DNA from: Hormiphora californensis
Lineage: Eukaryota; Animalia; Ctenophora
DNA: 64,000 nt
Direction: 5' to 3'
Assembly: GCA_020137815.1 (NCBI GenBank)
Contig: CM035354.1
Location: forward strand, 1,860,001-1,924,000
Part shown: positions 34,435-46,627 of the stretch, piece by piece
Layout of the letters: every line of letters starts with the position of its first letter
Position numbering within the stretch: position 1 is the first letter of the stretch
The notes under the pieces: generated by a model
Databases searched by the model: none
Told to the model about the DNA's origin: nothing
Seen by the model: only the letters and a program-made list of their open reading frames with translations
Made by a program: the position numbers and the translations under genes

Positions 34435-35055
34435 CTCTCTCTCTCCCTCTCGATAGCCGATAGATATATATGAAAGTATGCAGTAGGCAAATAAAGAGCG
34501 ATAGATTGAAGCAGATCTGAGATAGAGATGATTAATGGGAGAGAACGTGTCGAGTAATAACTGATGAATGTTACAGTTTTCCCTCAAAAGATGCGTTTCA
34601 CATGTTGAACATGATCTCAATAAACTAATAAACCGATAGATAGATAGATGGAGGTAGATAGATGGAGGTAGAGATAAGAGAGAGATAGAGATAGAGAGAG
34701 GGGGAGAGGAGAGATAAAGGGGAGAGAGACATTGAGAGAGAGAGAGAGAGAGAGATAGAGGGGAGATAGAGAGAGAGAGGGGGAGATAGAGATGAGAGAG
34801 ATAGAGGGGAGATAGAGAGAGATAGAGGGGAGAGATGCATTGGGGGGAGAGATGCATTGGGGCCGGGGGGAGATAGAGGGGAGATAGACATTGAGAGGGG
34901 GATACAACAAAGAGCAGCCGGGGAGAAAGAGAACAGGGAAGGACAAACAGTGGTGTACACACACATGAAAGACTGTCTAAACATGATATTACAGGGAAGT
35001 AAAAACACGCCTTCGACAAATCCATCCTGCCTCTTGTTTTGTTCAAACAAGGCAA

Positions 35056-35097
<42 letters not shown>

Positions 35098-35881
35098 TCT
35101 CTCTCCCTTTCTATATTTCTCTCAATCTCAGCACCTTCCCCGACTCTACTACGTTCACATCCAGCTAAGCAGAGAAGTGTTGAGTGTTGGTAGACACTGT
35201 ACAAGACCATCAACACATCTTTATAAGGTGGTGTCTGGTAACTGTAAGGAGTGAAACTTGCCAGGTGGCCGATGGTGAGGAGTAAATAGTAAACACACAA
35301 CAAAGAGAGGGTGGTGCCGTGTCTCTCTCCTGGTCAAAAAGGAAAAAGGGGGTACAATGTTAGTGAAGAGGGTAAGTAATTGCAATGGGAGAATGGAAAA
35401 CGAGAACAAAGAGAAAAGGGAAAGTTTTGTCTTGTAAGAAAGTTTTGGGGCAGAGATACGTTCAACTCTTCTTTTATTTTGGACATATTATATGAAATTC
35501 ATGATGAATTTAGAAGGATAGAAGATTATGGGAGTGTACCGAATCAAAGAAGATACAGAGAGCTATATCGAGGTAGACAAGGGGCAAATGTACATCACTG
35601 CTAATGAATATATAAAGACTAGGGACAAGCGAACACGCAGTAGGTAGAGTGTAAGTGGCAAGGGGGGCATGTAATAAGGTTATTCGCGTCACGAGACGGG
35701 GTATAGGGAAGTAACGCTTTTACATTTATCTGCCGTTTCGTGGTGTCGTATGACGGTTTCACATTCACTTTCATTCACCTTGATTCCCACCAGGGTGGAT
35801 TAGGCACGCCAGGAAGGACGGAAATTAAAGGGCGGATATACCAAAATTTATTACACCATCTATTGACTATTATTCCAACTA

Positions 35882-36021
35882 CAGTCGGACCCCGATTTAC
35901 CGGAACCTCGATTTACCGGGAGGATAAACTTGCCCCGATATAAGAAATCAACACTATTTCACCCCGATTTACCGGGAAAAACCGTTTCCCCCGAGCATTC
36001 CGGTAAATCGAGGTTCGACTG
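35882..36021. mobile_element. Short Tc1/mariner-type MITE
   Basis: TA|CAGTCGGACCCCGATTTACCGG ... CCGGTAAATCGAGGTTCGACTG, with internal cgatttaccgg repeats. A second, decayed copy lies at ~61530-61675. Confidence 0.75.
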
Positions 36022-36232
36022 CAGTATGTATGCGGTTCGTCGTAGTTTTATCAACTACTCCCCCTTTGAAACCCCAACAGCAACACCCCAACCCAATTCA
36101 CTGAACACACATTATCTCAGGGGGGTGTTGAACTAATTAGGAACACAATTGGAAACAAAGAATCACTCAAATGTCCATCTCTCTCCTACAATAACTTACA
36201 AAAGTGTCCGACTCTCTCTCTCTCACACATTT

Positions 36233-36649
36233 TAGTATGCATCCCAAGCAGCAGCCTCCTCGTTCTCTTTCTTCACTTGTTGCACCCAGGGGTGGAGATA
36301 CCGGACATCGTTCTCTATGTCCGAGAACCGCTCCTCAACTGGTGCCTGGTGGGGGTATAGGGTGGTTAACAGCGGGTTTGGGGTGGTTTACAGGGTTGTC
36401 TACAGGGTGACGTATGTCAGATAACCACTAACCGCCCCACAAACAATATCCAGTCCCCGTGGTCCACTCACCACACTCCTCTCAATCCTGTGCTGGCTCT
36501 CCCTCAGGCTCCTGAAGTTCCTCAGCTGTAGCTCAATATCGTCCATACGGGGTGCTGCCTCTGCCACCTCCGAGCAGATGTTCTGCTGGTAGAACCAGTC
36601 ATCAAATCGCAAACCAGAGGCACAAGCATTGGAGTTGGGCCAGAATACT
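36233..36649 (-). CDS. 3' exons of an uncharacterised protein (upstream exons towards ~37070 unresolved)
   Basis: Two exons with clean acceptors/donor splice in frame: ..FDDWFYQQNICSEVAEAAPRMDDIELQLRNFRSLRESQHRIERSV|APVEERFSDIENDVRYLHPWVQQVKKENEEAAAWDAY*. Confidence 0.5.
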
Positions 36650-36933
36650 CTGTGGAGGGGGAGAGAGAGGGTTAGAGAGGGGGTTTAATTTGATAATAAC
36701 GGGAGGAGGGAATGTTTTAGACCAGGGGTTTGATGAAAAGAATTTCAGATTCAACCATCCGTTGCTTTTGGTGACATAGACACCTGGCGCGACACCCGCA
36801 CACAGTGTCGCTCCAGGTGTCTAATGTCTATATGTCACCATCCGTTGCTTGTGTGTAAGATTCTAAAAATAAGATAAGGGAAGCAATGCTTGTATTCCCA
36901 TACGGCTCTCCCTCCCATTTAAAGTTAACACCC

Positions 36934-37035
<102 letters not shown>

Positions 37036-37179
37036 GTTCGTTCAAATGCGTCTCCCTGAATCGATGCCATTTTGTGTTTCCTGTCTTTGCTTTCTCAATA
37101 AATTCCCTCTCTTTAGTTACTTCAAACTAGATGCAATCGTAACCATGGTAACAACTAACAGTACTACTTCACGCTATAG

Positions 37180-37802
37180 ATGGTAACCATGGTAACAGTA
37201 CTACTTCTCCTAATGCTTCAGAGAACCTCCTGTCTGTTTATTAAGGTTCCTATCAGCAGCGCAACTGCAAGGAGCAATGAGGCAAATGCCAACAATATAC
37301 TAGATGGAAAAACTGGAACATACTACCACTCCAGTAGTGATAACGAGACAGAGTGGATTAGATTGACGCTAACCAGTCCGACCCGTGTTGATAGAGTGGT
37401 GATTATTAATAGGTGAGATGAAAAAACAATAAATACCATCTTGTAATGATAGTATAGTAATAATGATCACCCTAGTAATATTGATTCATTTCCAATATAT
37501 AATATTGATTCATCCATAACATTTTGTCTAGGGTAAGTAGTGGTACCTACAGAATAATAGGCACCACGGTCTACCTAAACGGAGCTACAAACACCACCCA
37601 CTGTGGCACTATCAACTCTATCACCCCTGATATGGACAAGAACTCAGTTGAAGATAATACCTACACTAGTTTCTTGTCCTGCTACTACCGAACCTACCCT
37701 CTCTGTCTATCTGGCTTGATGACCAGATAAATGGAACCGATGATATCTTCCATGATCGACTGATTGTTAACATAGCAGAAGTTATGGTCTATAGGAGCTC
37801 GG
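37180..37802 (+). CDS. Secreted discoidin (F5/8 C)/F-type-lectin-like domain protein, with two +1 frameshifts (pseudogene or assembly error)
   Basis: Signal peptide, then ANNILDG..TYYHS..EWIRLTL..VDRVVIINR|..RIIGTTVYL..HCGTI..YTVSC..IVNIAEVMVY. The last part needs two single-base corrections at ~37667 and ~37712. Exons 37180-37412 and 37532-37802. Confidence 0.65.
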
Positions 37803-38143
37803 GTGAGTATTGACAATACAATCTTACTACAAGTTCATTTAGTAACTAATACTTTTAAGACTTCATGAAATATTTTATCTTGCCATTTAATGCAACTCAA
37901 GGTAGAGAGATGGAAGATAGAGGTGATTAGGATCGATTAATAGTCTGAATAACTAAGATATCAGTTATAAATCTGCCCTGCACAACCAATAACAATCCTG
38001 GCTTCAGTGGGGTTGTATAATAGGAAAGCGGTTAATGTTAGGGCGTTCTGGTACTATACGAGCGAACCCTGGTACAGCACTATAAGATCGAACCCAAACG
38101 ATAAACCTAACAGTACTAAGGAACTACCAAGGAAATCTCACAA

Positions 38144-38198
<55 letters not shown>

Positions 38199-38571
38199 CT
38201 TGAGTTATGGGAGGTGGGAAAGGTTAGTATTTCAAGGAAATCAGATATACCAAGCTCTAAATGTAATTTTGTTTGATGAACGTTGAAGTTGATCACAAGA
38301 CAGTTGTTTGAAAAACCGGAAACACAAAATTAAGATAAGTTCAATTAGAATTTCTCTAACAACAACATTTACATTTAAAAAGCTTTAGAAAAACACGTCT
38401 TTCTTTGCTTTCCGGGAAATCTACCTTGTTTCCCCATTAGTTTGATATCTATGAAATAAGTTGTATCATTGTACTGGAAACTAAAACATAAAAGTCTAAA
38501 CTCGCCAGCTAAGTTGAATTTGGATCTGTGTTTGATTTTATAAAAGACAGGTAAGTCATTAAAAATCACTG

Positions 38572-39714
38572 TCAGTATTGTTTCGGACCCGCCACAGAGT
38601 CATACGATGGCGATGTCGCTGAGTGAGCCATAACTTCATCATATGACGGCGGCGCTGTGGAGGACAGATCTGGGGGAGGCCTTGGCGGGGAGGAGGGACG
38701 ACTCCTTGAGGGGGATGGTTGCCGAGGAGGAGGCATTGGCGGGGTGGAGGGGCGAGGAGCGGAGGGGGATGGATGCCGAGGAGGGGGCCTTGGCGGGAAG
38801 ACGGTAGGAGGATCTGAGGGGCGACTCCTTGAGGGGAAGGTGGTGGGATGAGACCGGTCAAAATCGGGGGTTGTAGTGTTTCTCATCCTGCGAGACTCTA
38901 TATTATCTGGGTGGAGGTGCCGGCTAGTGTGATCATATGATTCTGGAGGTCGAGGTACATTTGATGTGTTGTATGTGTGGTTAAAGCGTTCAGCCTGCCA
39001 TTCAGCGAGGTCACTAGCAGTTACGCAGTTTATATTTCGCACAGTTCGCCTTTCTTCCTTCATCTTCTTGTACTTACGGTGCGCATACCAAAGACACCCG
39101 ATGGGGAATATAATGACCGCAATCACCACTAGGGTATAGTGGCACGTCTTCTCCCGTGACATACACATAGCAATGGCGTATATCCATAGAATGATGAAAA
39201 TTGAAGGTATCACAAGTGCTATCACTCCCTTTGTATATGAGTAATCACCCGCGTCTTCGACGATAATCTTATACAAGAAGAACGAACAGGTGAACCTTGA
39301 ACCAGCTTTCTGTTTTACTATCCCCCAATAGTATTCAACCGATCCCTTCATGCTGGCTTCACTTGATTCACAAACAGGAGACAGCAGACATCCCTCTTCA
39401 GCTGAGGGTAAACCGTAGGACAGTAGACCTAGTTCACCTTCACTATCATCATCATCTTTAAACCATTTTGCATAGACTTTTAAGCATGGATAGGAGACCC
39501 AGTGCTCCCGATCAGCATAATCCTTATAAGAACATGATGCCTTATACGCTGAGTCCACATCAACTTCAGTAGTAACTAGCTCACAGGTACCGAGGATGTA
39601 CTGGGAGCCATTTAACTGGTCAGCAGAATATAACACTCCTATTAGGATGAGACCAATACAAATGCCAATAAGGAACGGTAACTGGGGCCATAACATCCAT
39701 ACTTTACTACCCAT
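38572..39714 (-). CDS. Intronless membrane protein resembling BK-channel beta subunits (CaKB/KCNMB family), with a Pro-rich PPxY tail
   Basis: TM1, a Cys-rich loop (TC..SCSY..SYPCLKVY..LL..CLLSPVC..V..Y..RFTC), TM2 (ALVIPSIF), a third hydrophobic segment, and a tail with APPSYDEV. Confidence 0.75.
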   Translation of the reverse strand: MGSKVWMLWPQLPFLIGICIGLILIGVLYSADQLNGSQYILGTCELVTTEVDVDSAYKASCSYKDYADREHWVSYPCLKVYAKWFKDDDDSEGELGLLSYGLPSAEEGCLLSPVCESSEASMKGSVEYYWGIVKQKAGSRFTCSFFLYKIIVEDAGDYSYTKGVIALVIPSIFIILWIYAIAMCMSREKTCHYTLVVIAVIIFPIGCLWYAHRKYKKMKEERRTVRNINCVTASDLAEWQAERFNHTYNTSNVPRPPESYDHTSRHLHPDNIESRRMRNTTTPDFDRSHPTTFPSRSRPSDPPTVFPPRPPPRHPSPSAPRPSTPPMPPPRQPSPSRSRPSSPPRPPPDLSSTAPPSYDEVMAHSATSPSYDSVAGPKQY

Positions 39715-40427
39715 GATTCTGTCCTATACATGGGAAGATGTAAAGTCAGTTGATTTGTTAACAAATTATTCTAAAAGTATGTTGTTTTTATGAATCTATA
39801 AAAAGTGAATCTTGTTGCGATCACAATGTCAAAGGAAAACTGAACATGAACAAACAAAGAAGTAACTGTCTTGGGATGATACCTGTTACTACTTATATTA
39901 AATCAGCTTTGTTTGTGTTAGAGGAAAGCTGCAAGGGGTCAAGAAGTATACATGAAGTAATAAGTATATATGAAGTAATAAGTATACATGAAGTATACAT
40001 TAGAAGTATTAAGTATACATTAGAAGTATACACTAGAGAGAAAGAACATCCAACAAACTACCGTTAGATGCAACAGGACTGAATAATAAATTTAAAGATA
40101 TCGTGTTACAAGAGAGAGAGAACTGCAATGGGTCCATGATTGTGTAGCTCACACTCCGAGAAGGAGCAGCTGTGTAGAAAGAGAGTGTAGAAACTAGAAA
40201 GAAAGTAATGGAGAGAGAGGGGGATCATACATCATTGGTTGAACAATGAACACACACAAAGGAATCAGTGTGAACTGTGTGTGTACTGTTGAGTCGTCCG
40301 ACACTGTCCCCGCTCCACACGGAAAATTAAGTCTAAACAATTCAAGTGTATTGAATGTGACGTGTGTGCAGTAGTACACACTGTGTACTATAACACACAC
40401 GTCACATCGACTGTCTAAACCAACAGT

Positions 40428-40980
40428 TCAAGTCATGTATATTGTATAGTCCGAATAGTACCATTTAAATAAATAAACAACTGACTTAACCAAACCAGAT
40501 AAATGGAAACATGAGCCATGAGGTATGTATCGGTTATGGGATGTGGCATAGGAAATGGGTGCTGTGCTAATTTGAGATATATATCCTGGTTGGTATCTAC
40601 AATACCCAAAACTATCTATGATAGAATATTTAGGGTACTGGCATGGTCCCAGGGTCTTATCCAAATCCTTGGAGACAAGGATCAATCTATGAAAACTAAA
40701 AGGATGTCATGCTATACCACCAATTCCCTAAAACAAGAAGATTTCTTACTTAGCGTAGGGCATCCTCATGCTTTGTACAGCAGCAGTGACTGGGTTCTTG
40801 GGGGCAGGCTCAATTCGACCAGTACGGGGGATCTTGCTCTTCGGCAACATGTTAACAGCCAGACTGGAGCCAATCTGAACGAAAGGAAGGGTTTGAATAA
40901 AGTAGTCAGTAATGATACTGTAACTCTCCATTTCTCTCTCTCTCTCTCTCTCTCACTCTCTCTCTCTCTCTCTCACACAC

Positions 40981-41027
<47 letters not shown>

Positions 41028-41126
41028 CAATGCTACCTTAACGATGGGTAGATTACCAGGTTCCCTTGCCACACCAAATCGGGCAGCGGTCCGTCCAATA
41101 GCGCCTACAGGAGTTAGGGCAGACAT
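40428..41126 (-). CDS. Possible small 3-exon gene of unknown function
   Basis: Exon-like blocks ~41126-41057, ~40876-40752 and 40686-40428 have canonical splice signals. The first junction needs a 1-base correction. Confidence 0.3.
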
Positions 41127-41656
41127 CCTGGCTAGATATAGAGAGAGGGTGGTTAGTTATTTGGGAGGGGAGTTGTCTTAGTTATATATGATATGGGGAC
41201 CAGGGTGATATGATTTGGGAACAGGGTTGAATGGAATGTTCATACAAACACAGAGCTGAAATTCAAGTGAACGCGCGCAGAGGCAGTGCTGAAAAACCAC
41301 AAATAGCGTGGAACACTCAGGAGGAGGGACACCGCGCGTTACGCAAAAGTCAGAGAATTTTAGTGTCGTCTGTGACGGAGTGGGACAGTGTGAGACGAGG
41401 GGAAATAAACTTCAGGCAAATTTACTTTTTAACATCATAGCATATAGTATAATGGAAAGTTGTTAAATAGACATTTGCAAAGGTGTTAAAAATTGACAGT
41501 GACAGAGATGAATATTGTTCATTGGTATCTCAGCTATTTTCAAGAAACTACTACTTTTGAAACTACTACTTCTGAAACTCTGAAACATAAACAGTACATA
41601 CGGGTAATTACACCTCCCCTTCCACTCTATCTCACTACCGGAGGTCACTACCATCA

Positions 41657-44609
41657 TCAATTCTCCTCTTCTTCATCTTCTTCATCTGACGAAGCCACCG
41701 TGACATTCCAATGAAGTTGGATTTTCATCTTCTTTTTGTTGTTATGGACCTCCCTCATGAGGGCTTGTACAACAGGAACATCCGCCAGATCCCCTCCTCC
41801 TCCTCCCCCACCAGTCGGTACTAGCTGATTACTGCTCGTTGCTAGGGGGGACGGGGTGTAGTCCCGGGGGTGTTTCATCAGAGAGAGGGGCGGGTTGCCA
41901 GGTGACCGGGTGTAGTCCCGGGGGTGTTTCATAACAGAGAGGGGGGGGTTACCAGGTGACCGGGTGTAGTCCCGGGGGTGTTTCATAACAGAGAGGGGCA
42001 GGGTGCCAGGTGACCGGATCTTGGGGTGTTTACCGGCAGATCGGACCTTCAGATGGGGTGCTCGGTTGGTTGGACCGTGGGGGCTCTTCCTAGGTGTGGA
42101 ACAATCGAATCCTGATTGCTGTTGTGCAGATGGAATGGACCCCAAACACCTCCTACCCCTGATTTGATGGGGTGTGGTGGATTCTTTCTCCCAAGGAGGT
42201 AAGTTATGCTGGATTTCGGAAACCTGCTCACGTTTTGGAGAGGATTCAGGCGTAGCAAAAGGGTCCCTGGATGCGGGTTCGCGTCTTTCCCAAGGACTTA
42301 GGTCTTCATAAACCCTTGAAACCTGCTCTTGTTTTGGATATGAGTCAAGTGTAACATCGAAAGGGTCTTTAGAGGTGGGTTTGCGTCTTTCCCAGGGTGG
42401 GAGATCTTGTTTCTCCAGTTTCTTGCACACCAGAGTGGTTGTATCCTGGGTTACATCACAGATTGTTGAATTTGTTTTGTACAACCTCGATCTGGACAAA
42501 TTGTTGAACACCCACGCAGCCTTCTTGTTCCGGGGTCTGCCATCATGTGACGTCATGGGTCTGTCCTCATGTGACGTCATGGGTCTGTCATCATGTGTGA
42601 CATCCAATAAATTATTTGACGTACTAGATAGCAGCTCATTTCGAGTTCCATTGCCAACAATTGTCGAGTCCATGGTTTTGTAAAGCCTTGATCTGGAGAG
42701 GTTTTCAAAAATCCTTGCCACCACAGGGTGCCTCATAGGAGCGGCACTTTGTTCAGCTTCTCTGTTTCCTCTCAGGGGATACACACTCGTTTTATCCATG
42801 CGGGAACTCTCACCTAACCGCCCTGTATCAGTAGGGTATCTTGCCGTAGTGTCCACCCTGTTGGAGGAATAATCCTTTTCGGGGGAGTTGGGAGGAGAGG
42901 TAAAGGGGCATGGTCGAGAGAGGGGACGCTGCGTTTTCTTTGAAGACCGCTCTTGATTATCAAATGTGTTGTTTGATTGAGATTTGTTATACACAGTTGT
43001 AGCGTTGTTATCTCTCGTTGTTCGATCAATTGTTGAATCCACCGTTTTGTACAGTCTAGATCGAGACAACGAGTTTAGGACCCATACCGCCTTGTTTCGT
43101 CCTGATTTCTCATTATCCTCTCGGTGTTGACTGGTTTTCTGATTCTCTCTCAATTTGCCAGAGTGCGTGTTCTCTTTATTTTCCTTTTCCTCCACATAGA
43201 ATTTCTCTCGGTGTTGGCTGGTTTTCCGATCCTCTCTCAATTGGCCAGAGTGTGTGTTCTCTTTATTTTCCTCCACATACAAACTCTTACGAAGTCGTGC
43301 TTTGTCTGACCTCGTTTTCCTTTTACTTCGCCCGATAGCAAAATCCTCTAAACTATCGATGGAAGAATTGGCTGATTTTCCACTATCACTGAATGAGATA
43401 TCCGTCTTATTCACCGCTTTATCCGATTCTTGGAGAGATTTGTAGTAATCACCCAATCTTCGTGTGTCAACCTGCCGTGGACCCTTCCTCTTTTTTACAG
43501 GTTTTATCATTGAGATATTTAGGTTGCTCAGTGAATCCCTTTTCCGCTTGTCATGAAGTGACGAATGCTTTTCGATGGAGGTATTGGAAATGGTTCGTTT
43601 TGTGGACCGTGGTGCCGGCAAGGGGCGTGGTACCGAGGTACACACGTTCGTTATACCTGTGGGGCAGAAATGGGGTTGGAGAGGGGAGAAATGAAGGGTT
43701 TTTTGTGAAGAACACTAAGTCCTATCGTCTAAGCGAGTTAAAACAAATAACTTGCCATTTTGGTCGTAATTAACAGTGATAGATAGAGCAGATTTCTGTA
43801 AATCGATTCCAGTCATCAGTTCCATCATTTTTAGCCACTCAACAGAAAATGTGGCTTGTAAATCTTTCCCAAAATGAATGGTTGTCGTCCCGAAATAGTC
43901 CGACTTGCCACCCCCTGCAGCCTGCATGCATGTTAACCGTCAGTTGATAAAGTAAACTAAAATGAGTTTTGGGTTGTATTAACTAACATTTAATTCCATT
44001 TACAAAACTAACCCACCTTATACGAGACTTTCCCAGAAATACTCGTGCTGGACGCTACTTGATGCTGTTGAGTAACATGTTTGGAGTAGTTCTTGGTAAA
44101 CTGAGCCAGCTCCACTCCCGAGGGTTTGAATACCTTGTCTCTCTCATCGAGAGGATCTATCTCGTCGATAGAACAATCAGAATCTAAAAAGTTACTGTTT
44201 TATGGATCATGACCCTTTCTGCGGTATGGAGCAGCGTTTAAATAATTTATGGGGACCCACTATGGGAACCCCTTTTTATTGTATAAAACAGTTTTACAAA
44301 ATACAAGGTTTACAAATATATCGTTTTATTAAAACTATATATTTGTAAACCTTGTAAACTATGTTTCATAGTGAGAAGTTGTGTTACTTTAAATTAAAAT
44401 GACCGCCTACCTGAGTCAATATCAATAAGTTCAGCTTCATCATCCAAGGCATCGAAATCCACAACTTCGTCACTGTCATCTTTATCATGGTACGTCCTAA
44501 AGAATTTTTCCCAGCCGTGTTCCCTAACTTCGGGATTTCTCTTTTTTAAGTCGAGCTCACACTTTGCGCCAAACCTTTCTCTTCGCCCTTCTTTATACTT
44601 GTCACTCAT
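41657..44609 (-). CDS. Uncharacterised 843-aa protein: short folded N-terminal region plus a long disordered, internally repeated region
   Basis: Exons 44609-44411, 44183-44017, 43921-43756 (GC donor) and 43656-41657 join in frame (2532 nt). Confidence 0.75.
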
Positions 44610-44797
44610 TCCCTATTGCAGTTATTGATCAATCAGAGAGGCCCGTCCAAAGTCAATGAATATGAAACTAAAAAGAAATACAAGCTCCACATTGAATGCT
44701 GAGTTGGTCTGTTGTAATTGACTAATTTGGAAGCCTAGCATTTTGAGCTTGTTGTGTTGTTTCTCAAAACAACTAACCGAAACTGAGGACAGCGATT

Positions 44798-45922
44798 AGT
44801 TTAAGTTTAAGTTTAAGTTTACGCACAATTTATCACAAAGTCACACAATTAATATATAACTTCGTCCCGCTCTTACACCATACACCAATAAAGTGATACA
44901 AGGCTGAGAGGTGAATATATACAGTTCACATCAGCGGTTTCCTAAAGCGGTTTAGACAATACTTAGAGACAGTGATACACATCCTAGTAGCATTAGATGC
45001 ACAAAATACGAGGAACAAGGGGTTATAGAAAACAAGGTAATGAACTAACAAAACAAGCAGACAAACATAAAAACAGATTAAACAGAATACACAAAGTCAC
45101 AGACGCAAAACACAACATCAACAGTCAATACAAAACGGTTAATACAAAAACATACTAACACACTTACAAACACATGCACAGACAAATAGACAATCACAAA
45201 CACATACACACAGATTCGGTAATAAATAATAAATTAGCTGTCCTTCAAACACACACTCACTGAAGAGTCCTTGACTAGTTTTTTATCGAGAAAAACGTTT
45301 AAAACGGTATGTATGGTCTTCTTTCTTCATTATTCGGCATAAAACTCAGCCAGTCTGGAACCTCAGCTACTCAAACTCTGCTAAACAACTCAGAGGCCAG
45401 AAAATGTTAACAATTTACACAAAATGCACACTTGAAAATATTAACTCATTGACTCAGTCATGGGTGGTCCCTCTACTAAGTCTCAGGTAGATGTAGGAAG
45501 GAATGGTGTAGAAAGTAGGAAGGGATGTAGGATGGAATATAGGAAGGAATGGTGCAGAATAGAGACAGTAGGTCAGGTGGGATGTAAGGAAGCTGGAGAG
45601 GGGGTCTGGAAGAAGAGACAGCACCCAGGACACGGGAAACCCAGGAACGAACCAGGTAAGGACAGGGAGGCAGACTATTTAGTTCCATGGAACTGCAGGA
45701 AGAAATGATGTAGGATTGAGAAAGCAGGTCATAGGTGGGATATAGCTTAGGGGAGCTGGAGTGTGGGTCTGGAAGTAGGGCGTGATGGCAGTGATCGCGA
45801 GAGACAGCAGACAGGACACGAGAGCCCAGGAGCGAACCATGTAAGGACAGGGAGGCAGACTATTTAGCTCCAGGAAGGAATGATGTAGGATTTAGACAGC
45901 AGGTCATAGGTGGGATATAAGG
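44798..45922 (-). mobile_element. Inverted, 5'-truncated copy of the L2 LINE 3' UTR with (TAAACT)n tail
   Basis: Reverse complement of ~51335-52516, with scattered substitutions and indels. Confidence 0.92.
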
Positions 45923-46627
45923 CTCAAATTTCAAAATACCGAAGTCCGAAATGTCAAAAACAGTTAAAACACAATACCAGAGATAAGGAAGACATGAATC
46001 GATCTGTAATTTGTGGCTTGTCGCTTGTGCTACCCGCTACTTCGCTGATGAAGTCAAATTTTGAATTTCAAGTTTTTGAAAATTTGAAAAAGTGAAAGTT
46101 TGGAGGTGAGCATCAGCAGCTGCAGCCTGCAGCCCCATCTGAATGTCTTTCTTTTATGTAGGGAAACGACGAATCAAAGGAGCTTTTTCTGAAGAGTAAA
46201 AACTAAAAACTGAATCGAAGAAACGATAAATTTGAGAAATCCACGCGCAGCCCAGCTGTTTTGTCAGCACTGTATATGCTTTCGGCGTGGGAAAAATGCG
46301 CGCAGCGTGAGAATTTCCCACGCTCGTGGGAATTACCGTAAGAGCTTCCACTACTCAGCTCAGGTTCTAAAATAACCCAAAAAATTCAGTTTTTAAAAAG
46401 ATTCGGGTGCCGAGTGCGAGCGTTGAAAATCGCTGCCTTATCCCGCGCTATCGGGGGCCAGTAGTGTTTGCCAAGGGCAAGCGTTAAGTTTAAGACTCGA
46501 TCGCTCACTGCAGCCGGGCCGTGGAACTTTCATCAACTACAACGTAAAACTATTTATTGAGGCATGTCAAGTAAAAGCCAAGAGACGCCTCGATAAAGTT
46601 AAAGTAGTGATAACAGAAAAGACGACG

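Noticed and set aside
34080-35880. Possible small exons between (GA)n tracts
   Set aside because: No consistent phase-compatible model or recognisable domain could be built on either strand.
45923-46627. Self-cleaving ribozyme in the LINE 5' region
   Set aside because: CTGATGA at ~46026 lacks the flanking hammerhead stems, and no HDV-like fold could be assigned by eye.
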